DNA of 64,000 nt, taken from the NCBI RefSeq assembly GCF_037042905.1, contig NC_087256.1, positions 31,000,001-31,064,000 on the forward strand. Direction: 5' to 3'. Source of the DNA: Lytechinus pictus. Lineage: Eukaryota. Each line of letters begins with the position of its first letter. The stretch's first letter is position 1. This document shows positions 55,895-64,000 of the stretch, piece by piece. The notes under the pieces were generated by a model, which searched no databases, had not been told where the DNA came from, and saw only the letters and a program-made list of their open reading frames with translations. The position numbers and the translations under genes were made by a program.

Positions 55895-56496
55895 TTAATC
55901 TGCTATTTGCCCTCTGCTATTGTCGTGATCGATGTCCTGATCGTCCGGGTCGTTGTCGGCCGGAGAAGGAGACGATTTCGAGATTGACATGCTCGCATCC
56001 TCGTTGTCCGAATCAACGTAGTGAACGCTCATCTTATCGTGATCATCCCCACCGTCGGTTGCGTTTCCGTCACACGTACCTCCACCAATCTGTCGCGGGT
56101 CGATGGGCGACATCAGTTCCGACGACGAGTCTTCAGTGTAAAGCTCCCCTTCCTCGTGGTCGTACACCGATGACTCCGTCGTCAGGTAGCCTTTATCTTC
56201 TTTCAAATGCGGTGGCGTGGTCGACGTGGCTCGGACATCATTCTTCAGCTCGTCGATGTCGCGTTTGAGCTTCGCTCTCCGGTTTTGAAACCAGGTGATG
56301 ACCTGGGCGTTTGTGAGGCCGAGTGTCGAGGCGAGTTCATCGCGGTCGGCCGGGGTTAGGTATTTTTGGTAGAGGAATCGACGCTCGAGCTCGAAGATTT
56401 GGTGGTTGGAGAAGGCGGTGCGGGACTTCCTCTTCTTGCGCGGCTGCTGGCGGTTGAGAAGTGAAAGCGCTTCCCGTTTGTTCGTCGTCGTTGCTG
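55895..56496 (-). CDS. Lbx: Ladybird/Lbx homeobox transcription factor, coding exon 2 (homeodomain and acidic tail)
   Basis: Polypyrimidine tract then TTCCAG acceptor in phase 1, matching exon 1 (370+602=972 nt, 323 aa + TAA). Homeodomain at ~56434-56255, KRKSRTAFSNHQIFELERRFLYQKYLTPADRDELASTLGLTNAQVITWFQNRRAKLKRD, is diagnostic of Lbx. Confidence 0.96.
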
Positions 56497-58320
56497 CTGG
56501 AATTTGAAACAAAAGATAAAAATGAAAATAAAATGAATTATAGCCATCCAGTCATTCTTCCTTAAAGAAATATTTCACCCCTTATATGACGAAATTTATA
56601 GTTAAAACAAATTGGAGTATAATGAAATAGCAAATCATTAATTCAAACCACATCCATTCAACAATTTTTAACCAAAGTTTTATACTGACAAACTTCTATA
56701 TTACTATTTATGAAACTAATAATTATTAAAACCATGTTATTGGAGAATGTGATATCAACTTTAACATCCATTGAATAGCAATCATTTAAAATTATTTTGT
56801 AGGCCTACATGGTATCTCCGTTAAAAATAAACAATATTACATAGTTGATAATTCGATATTAATTTAATATTTTACATGATAATTGTTGATATATATTCTG
56901 AGATGTAAAGAAAGGAATACTTCGTGTTCATTTTTGTTGTAAATTAATTTATAAACAATAGATTATATAAAATATAAATTGGTGCAAAATTAATATAAAA
57001 GGGAGGGATTCCTTCATTAAAATCTCGAAATATGTAAAATAGGTTTAGATATAACATTTTTTACCATTGAATTTCAATGAATTGTCAGTTTGTTTATATC
57101 CGTGATGTGTACAAGATTTCTTCTTTTTTATATTTATTAGCAAGAATGTTTATAAAGAATTAATTTGCAAGTAATTTGCTATATTTTTTTAAAGAAATTG
57201 CTGAAACATTTTAAGAAAATGACCACCTCAGAACAATCATCAAAATGTATTTATATTTTAGAGAATACTACCCCCAAGAAAATCTATATGGCCTATACGT
57301 ATTCAGCTGCTTAAGGTGGATATCAAATTAACCTCAAAAAATTATTTTATTTTGATAACCCCATGCCATATATGTCATCTTAAGTTCCATCACTATTTTT
57401 GTGTCAACCCTCTTCTTTTTTTTATTAATTCCTCCATTAAAAAAAAAAAAATGAAAATCGGGCAATAATTAATGGTGAAGTATATCGGCTTCTGATCTCT
57501 TGTAATTCTATTTCCCAAATTACGTGGTTGACCGAAAGCATGAACGTTGCTTAGTCAGACTCGCGCATTTTTTCTGCCAGGGACAAGACAATCTTATAAT
57601 TGTTTCAAATTATCTCATTTGTACTACATCTCCCCGTGGACAAACCCATCTTAGTGCGAGCTTCTTGTATTTGTACACCGAACATTAGAGCAATTTCCTC
57701 TGCAGCACTATTAATTACGCGGGGTGCAGAAGTAATTCACCGAGCCGAAACCCCGGGGTCGCTCGAAGGACGAGGGGGTATATCATAGCCGTAGTGAAGC
57801 CCGTGATTTTTGGCTGAGCCAAGATTGATTCTTTTTTATAATCAAACTAAAAAGGGAAGGTAAATACTATAGAAGACACCATGATATCCGTCATGTGCTT
57901 CTTGTATTTGTGCAAAAATACGTCATGTTTTCTCTCTAAATGAGCACAATTATTTAATCAGTTCTTGGAGAAGCAAAATACCATATAAATAGTCTCTATG
58001 CGTGTGGAAGATTTGTTCAATTAAATAGGGCTAATACATCTTAAAATGTATGCTTTTAACACATATTTGGATATGTTGAGATCTGTTAATGATCTTATAT
58101 TATGAGGGAAGTTGTTCCACAATAATTGGTGCCATTTTCCCACAAGCTCTATCACCAAAAGTCTTGGAATGTTAACATTTTTCTCTTACATGCCACATAT
58201 TCTAATAAATGAAATTTGCATGACATTGGCATATGTGACTAAAAGTTAACCACGTTTTGAAGATCAATAATCTGCATCCGACTTTGATGGCCAGTCAATT
58301 TGATTTTGAGACAGGAGAAG

Positions 58321-58626
58321 TTTTGCATGAACTTATTTTGTGATATTGGCAGAGCGGTTGCACCTTACTCTTTCATTTTATTTTCATTTTCGGTATCCTA
58401 GCGTGGAATGTGTTTTTAAATACAGGTATATGTTGATAGTTTCACTGCCGTTTTGTAGAAGATTACTACTTTTGCATGATCTTATTTTGTGATATTGGCA
58501 GAGCGGTTGCACCTTACCCTTTCATTTTATTTTCATTTTCAGTATCCTATCGTGGAATGTGTTTTTAAATGCAGGTATATGTTGATAGTTTCACTGCCGT
58601 TTTGTAGAAGATTATTACTTTTGCAT
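58321..58626. repeat. 149-bp tandem duplication in the Lbx intron
   Basis: Near-identical units start at 58321 and 58470, bounded by TTTTGCAT. Confidence 0.92.
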
Positions 58627-59155
58627 TCATACGGAATATGTCTTTAACAAAGATCAGACAATCATATAAAAATATTTATAAAAAATCAAAAGAATCAAAG
58701 TACAAATGAAAACAAATTAAAAGAGATCGAAGTATCGTTTTATAGCAGTATATAAGAATGAATAGTATACGCATTGTATTTGTAACGAGTAGTCTACGTC
58801 TCATTTTGGGAAAGAATACTTGATAAAAGAAAATAGTATATAATTATATTTATAAAAATGCATACATACATACATACATATACATAATATATAGCCGAGA
58901 AAGTTCCTTGACCATGCATAACTACCAATTATTGGTTGGGCAACACTGCTTTATATGATATTTACTATAAACTGTTAGTGTTTTATTTGTGGATCCATGA
59001 ATAAGGCTTGGAAATATTCTAAATCTTATTTTTCTTCTACAATGTAATAAAAATCCAAATTTCCTTAATACGATAAGAGTTTTGGACTTCTGGTTATGCC
59101 ATGTAAATCTAGGCCTATATTAATGTAAAGATGATTTACTCTTCCTTTGGTTTGA

Positions 59156-59745
59156 CGGACAAATCCACTCCAGTAAAAAGTTTAATTGAATAAAAGGGGA
59201 AAAATCCAACAAGCATAACACTGAAAATTTCATCAGAATCTGATGTAAAGTAGAAAAATTATGACATTTTAAACGTTTACTTAATTTCACAAAACAGTTA
59301 TGTGCTCATCCTGGTCGGTATGCAAATTAGGGGACTGATGACATCATCCACTCGCAATTTGTTTAAATTTCATTAAATGCAATATGAAGTATTTTGATTT
59401 TCTCCTCATTGTCATGTGAAACAAAGTTTTCCATTAACATGTGAATATACCATTATTTCTACATTTTGTGCTTCAATAAGATTGATCATTTTTATCAAAT
59501 CAATAAAGGTTGATAAATTGTATAATCCAAACAATAAAAAAAAAACAGATATAGTGAGTGAGGGACATCTTAGGCTCTCTTATGCGGATATTACTGAGTT
59601 GTGCATAACTGAAAATTAAAGCGAAACTTTTAAATTCAATAACTTTATTATTTCACATCAAATTTTGATGGAACTTTTAGCGTTATGATAGTTTGATTTT
59701 CCTCTATTGACTTCAATTCAATACTTTTCCAGGTGGACTTGACCT
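59156..59745. mobile_element. Kolobok-like MITE in the Lbx intron, same family as 14384-17308
   Basis: Colinear with the split copy (GGACAAATCCAC, GGGACTGATGAC, GTGAGTGAGGGACATC, GGTGGACTTGACCT). Flanked by TTGA on both sides. Confidence 0.8.
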
Positions 59746-59792
59746 TTGACATGAACATGTAATCCACAAAATGATTATATTTATTTCTTTAC

Positions 59793-60162
59793 CTTCAGCC
59801 GCTCGTAGAATACTGGTATCTGGACCTGTAAACGTCTTGTTAGCAAGTTCCTCCAGCGCGCTGAGAGGAGAATCTCCGTTCTCCCTGGTCTGTTTCACAG
59901 CAGTTTTCACCTCTTCTGTTGATCTCTGATGCCCTAACCTCGGGCGAGGTACCGATGGCGGGCCCGACCACGATTCCCTTCTCTTAAAATGAGTCGGTGA
60001 TGAACTTTCGCTAGTGTTATCATTGGTACTGATCTGTGATCCCAGGATGTCTTTGATGTAGAACGATGTGTAAGGCCTGGTCGTCTGGCTTCGGGGCTGT
60101 CGGAGAGGGGCGGTCGACAACCGCTGGAGCGGGGTATAGAGATCATTTATGGTTGAAGCCAT
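59793..60162 (-). CDS. Lbx: Ladybird/Lbx homeobox transcription factor, coding exon 1
   Basis: ATG at 60162 (AAGATGG). Encodes MASTINDL..., eh1 motif TSFYIKDILG (F codon at 60063) and SPLSALEELANKTFTG (cf. vertebrate Lbx1 SPLCALEELASKTFKG). Ends at phase-1 donor GAAG/GTAAAG (59793/59792). Confidence 0.93.
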
Positions 60163-60499
60163 CTTGAAAAAGCCACGATAATTTCGGTTTCGATTTTGAA
60201 ATATTTCGACGATGCAAGTCTCTTGGAGCAAGTTTGTTGACTTGTCCGATTGAGGTCTGGCGTTCTTGGAGCGGTTTTACAAAATTGGTGCGTGGTGGAT
60301 GTAGTCCATTGAGGGAAGTGACTTGTGTATCAATAGGTAGAGGGCTAAGGCGATAACAACCGAGTCAGTCACGCAGAAATTGAAATATGGTCGTCATATG
60401 GTAATATTTCGAGAATCAAATATGTATGGAAGTGTGGAAATAGTTGGACCAGTCAGAAGACAGGCTTCTAACGAGATAATCAGAAGGTTTAGCCCCCTG

Positions 60500-60740
60500 A
60501 GGTTCTCACCGCGTGCCACTACTTGTCTGCTTACCTGTCACCACTGTCGTTTGTCATGCTAATTGGCCAATCGCCGTCCCCATTGGTCCAAAATTCTATT
60601 AAGCACTACTTTTTCCAGCCCGCGCTGACCAATCAGGGACGAGATCTCCCAGGACGCGTCGATTACCCGTCATAGGCGGGGCCAGCCAGACAGACTCGGA
60701 GGGTGAACAACACCCCGCGATAAATACACACATTGGTTCA
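60500..60740 (-). promoter_or_regulatory. Putative Lbx proximal promoter (CCAAT cluster and GC box)
   Basis: Palindromic ATTGGCCAAT 60562-60571, CATTGG 60581, GACCAATCAG 60627-60636, GGCGGGGC 60675-60682, CATTGG 60731. GC-rich, repeat-free, 400-570 bp upstream of the ATG. TSS not determined. Confidence 0.6.
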
Positions 60741-61834
60741 CACCCTACGGCAGGCTGGTGTTGCAATGACACATTGAATTTCAACCGTTGCGTTTGGAGA
60801 TATTCCACGATCCAACGACTCGTCACCCCGCCGACAAAACCCCAAGTCATAATCAATTCATAATTTAGCGGATGCTCATAAAATCTTTATACAAAAAGAG
60901 TTTTGGGGACGTATGAAATCGCTCAAACTCGGGGCGGCTTCTCTGATGCTAGTCCCGCAGGTACAATGGTGAGTTTGTTCGATGGAGAAGGGGGGCGTGT
61001 CAGAACGATCCAGTGTGACACCCGGTGCGAGGGCCAGGTGAGCTAAGGTGGGAGCCCAATGGGTAGGCCTTGGGCTTGACAACTCGGATTTAATTGTCGG
61101 TATCAGGTTACACGTGACACTCTACAGTATCCGTTAATGTGATATAATTAATTTGTTTTGCGCGGCCTTGTGACTTGAAATTAACTGGGTTTGCTTGATA
61201 GACCCAGTGGTTTGATTGATGGCACGGCCAGTTAGAACCGAAAAAACTGACTATCATCCGGAGGAGATTAAAGTAGGAGGATAACTTACTTAACTTTGAA
61301 AAGGCGATGGCCTTAGTGAGAGAGAAAGAGAATAACATATCAAAACACACAAGCGGTTTTACTTTCTAGTGATGGACAAGTTATGAGTGGATAGGTATGT
61401 GGGAGATAAGTGTGTGTGAGTTAAAGAGGGGGTGAGTGTGTCTGTTGTTATATCCTTTTTGGCGTGTTCATTATTGTCATCCATGTTATTCGCCTTTCTC
61501 CAAATGTCCATATTATTTTTCTTCAGATAAAAACCACAAGATTACCTTCGGGTCGGCATGTTGCTTTGGCAACGCAAGTAATTTACCGCAGAAAAAGTCA
61601 CACAATACACAAGTGCGTCATCAAAGTGGTAAATAGTGACAATGGGATGGGACAGCTATTCCATTCATAAAACTGACTAAAGAAGCAGGTTAGGGCCTAT
61701 ACGTTCTCGAATGCCGCCTCATATTTCTTGCTTGCAAAGAAAGAAGCAGCTCCGCCAAACTTGTGGCACGGATAAGTTTTCTTTGAAAAATATTATTTTG
61801 AATTATGACAATGCAAATAAAAAAAAGCTATATA

Positions 61835-62034
61835 CACTCTAAAAACACTGAGTAAAATTCTACCCAATATTGAGTAAAAAGGGAACATGCATGTTTGCTG
61901 GGTATTTTTTCACCCCATATTGGGCTATTTCAACACAACATTGCGTAAAATTTACCAAATATTGGGTATCTTTTTACCCAACCAGCATACATGTTCCCAA
62001 TTAACCCAATATTGTGTAAACCTTTTTTAGAGTG
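61835..62034. mobile_element. CACTCTAAAAA MITE
   Basis: TA-CACTCTAAAAA ... TTTTTAGAGTG-TA with internal CCCAATATTGGG repeats. Confidence 0.82.
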
Positions 62035-62545
62035 TAACGTTATCGAGGCATATCTTGTGTCAGTAAGTAAGATACGAAAAACCATTGACCTATGGGAAAA
62101 CACCCCTCCTTTGGGTAAATTACATTATTAAGAATGTGATTATTCAGAACTGAAAAATGCAAGAATACATTGAGATAAATTTTACAAAGACCAAGAGTGT
62201 AGGCCTGTATCATTCAAATATCGGCCTTTAAATATTAACTCGGCCTACTTCAACATTATAAAATACATTGTAGATGCAAAAGGTAATCAATAAAATAAAA
62301 TTAGAATTCATACAAATTTGGGTGCATTGATCTTATTCTTTAATTTGATTTTTTTCGGGGGGGGGGGGGGGTCATTCAAGCTCACTTGTTCCAAGTGATT
62401 CATTCTCCTTTTAGGATAAGTTACTAACACGCAAAATGAAGCATGGAATTTCTTTGGATGTTGACGTTGACACCCCCCCCCCCCCCACCCGTCTCCTCAG
62501 ATATGGGGTGCACCACCAAGTGGCGGATTTCAGGGAGTGATAACC

Positions 62546-62749
62546 AATGGCCCTGGGAAGCGGAGGTGCTGAAGCACACCATTATTTTTTCGGGGGGGGG
62601 GTGCTGCGTGTATTGTAGGCAGCAACCTCTGTAATTCTGGTAGGTGTGGGGGAAAAAATCGAAAATTGGAGGAGAATTGCCCTCATTTTGTAGTGAAAGC
62701 TTTTTTTTAACTTCAGCTTCCTCTGCAAAAATTTGTTCCAAGGCCCCTG
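62546..62749. mobile_element. Decayed hAT-like poly-G MITE
   Basis: GGCCCTGGGAAGC ... GTTCCAAGGCCCCTG, flanks TGATAACC/TGATAATT. Confidence 0.45.
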
Positions 62750-62958
62750 TGATAATTTTCTGTTTTTCCGCGTACTTTTTGCTTGTGTCGTCTTGTGTTC
62801 TATTTATGTTTATGTCCTTTACCATGGAAATGTTAATACGACTATGTTTCTTTTTATGTAAATAGTTTGAAACTCAATAAAAACAGACATACAAAAAGGA
62901 GAATAAAATACCATCCCCTTCGTGGTTGAACTGCTTTCGTCATTCTTCTGTTCAGACC

Positions 62959-63824
62959 TATGGTGGCCCTGAAGGGACATCGCAAATAGACCAAATCGCG
63001 AATATTCACGACGAAATTCACGACGTCGCCAATTTCGTCGTGAATTTGTTTTGCTTGCCTGGGCGGTATGCGGGTTGAAACCAATTCGTCTGCTGCTAAT
63101 TCCTCCACTGCAGGGTCGATCTACATTCATTTAGTCTAATGCAATTCTGTCCATTTACTTTTCGCCTAACAACCATATGGTCCAATAACCATTTGGTCCA
63201 GTCATCACTTCGTCTAATCACCAGTTCGTCTATGACCATTTCGTCTCATAACTAGTTGGTCTAATATCAATTTTATTTTCCTTAATTTCGCCCAGTTAAC
63301 ACTTAGTTCAATTAGACCAAATGGCATATGGAATATTGGCAATTGGACCAACTTGGCTATTAGACAAAATGGCAGTTAGACCATGTGGATAGTGGACGAA
63401 CTGATGGTAGACCAAAATGATAGCAGACGAGTTGGCATTAGACCAATTGAAAATAAACCATTGAAACGACAGAACGATGTCCACTGCTATCCATATGCAT
63501 AGGCGGATCCAGGGGGGAGGGGGGCCGAGGGGCCCGCCCCCTCCCCCTATTGGCGGAGCAAAAAAAAGGGAAAAAGGGAAGAAAGAAATTTTAAAAAAGA
63601 GGGAAAAGAGAGGAGAAAAAAAAGACGAATTGGTTTCTACCCGCATACCGCCCAGGCAAGCAAAATAAATTCACGACGAAATTGGTGAAGAAATTCACGA
63701 CGTCGTGAATTTCGTCGTGAATAATTCGCGACGAAATTGGCGACAAAATTCACGATGTCGTGAATTTCGTCGTGAATATTCGCGATTTTGTCTATATTTG
63801 CGATGTCCCTTCAGGGCCACCATA
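62959..63824. mobile_element. IS3EU-like non-autonomous DNA transposon with nested repeats
   Basis: Termini TATGGTGGCCCTGAAGGGACATCGCAAATA / TATTTGCGATGTCCCTTCAGGGCCACCATA, inverted arms over 130 bp, 6-bp TSD CAGACC (62953-62958 and 63825-63830). Confidence 0.75.
63125..63460. mobile_element. Palindromic MITE built of short GTCTAA/TTAGAC repeats, nested in the IS3EU-like element
   Basis: Left half repeats GTCTAA/GTCCA; right half carries the reverse complements TAGAC/TGGAC. Confidence 0.55.
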
Positions 63825-64000
63825 CAGACCAGCAGATTGGCATGTAATAATATGACCAGTTTTGTGGGTCACGAAGTGGGAGGGGTGGGGGAGCCCCCCC
63901 CCCCCAATCCCCCAGACACCGATGCTACGCCATCAGTAGTGTATGTTTCACCCTATCTCGATAACTACCGCATTCAAGGCTAATACACTGATAGGCAGGT

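Larger units (their letters stand above)
56497..59792 (-). other. Lbx: Lbx intron (3296 bp, GT-AG, phase 1)
   Basis: Canonical donor and acceptor that keep the reading frame between the two conserved coding blocks. Confidence 0.9.

Noticed and set aside
55867-56268. 133-aa + strand ORF
   Set aside because: Antisense shadow of the GC-rich Lbx exon with no recognisable domain.
25823-57563. Exact 14-mer CTTAGTCAGACTCG shared by two candidate CRMs (25823 and 57550)
   Set aside because: Roughly ten or more chance 14-mer matches are expected in 64 kb, so this is not significant without conservation data.
56497-60231. TTG starts at 60231 and 56512 from the ORF track
   Set aside because: 56512 is in the intron's polypyrimidine tract, and the ATG at 60162 is the natural start.

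Overview
AT-rich animal genomic DNA, most likely a sea urchin (inferred from the SINE types and the poly-G/C MITE landscape; not proven). The only host protein-coding gene I can support is a two-exon ladybird/Lbx NK-class homeobox gene on the minus strand (CDS 60162-59793 joined to 56496-55895, 323 aa). It has an eh1 motif, the Lbx SPLxALEELAxKTF motif and an Lbx homeodomain, plus a CCAAT/GC-box-rich upstream region. The ~55 kb downstream is a gene desert with scattered GC-richer, repeat-free islands (candidate cis-regulatory modules) among many transposons: a young 5'-truncated CR1/L2-group LINE with intact RT, tRNA-derived SINEs, and non-autonomous DNA elements whose termini/TSDs fit Kolobok, hAT, PIF/Harbinger, piggyBac, IS3EU and CACT-/TA types, several nested. 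There are also tandem repeats, microsatellites and two N gaps. I found no convincing new biological system. The best leads concern Lbx regulation (NAGNAG acceptor, two 10-codon uORFs, HES/Su(H)-like promoter site, MITE beside the splice donor), a probable Tlx-Lbx regulatory desert, and well-resolved nested transposon insertions.
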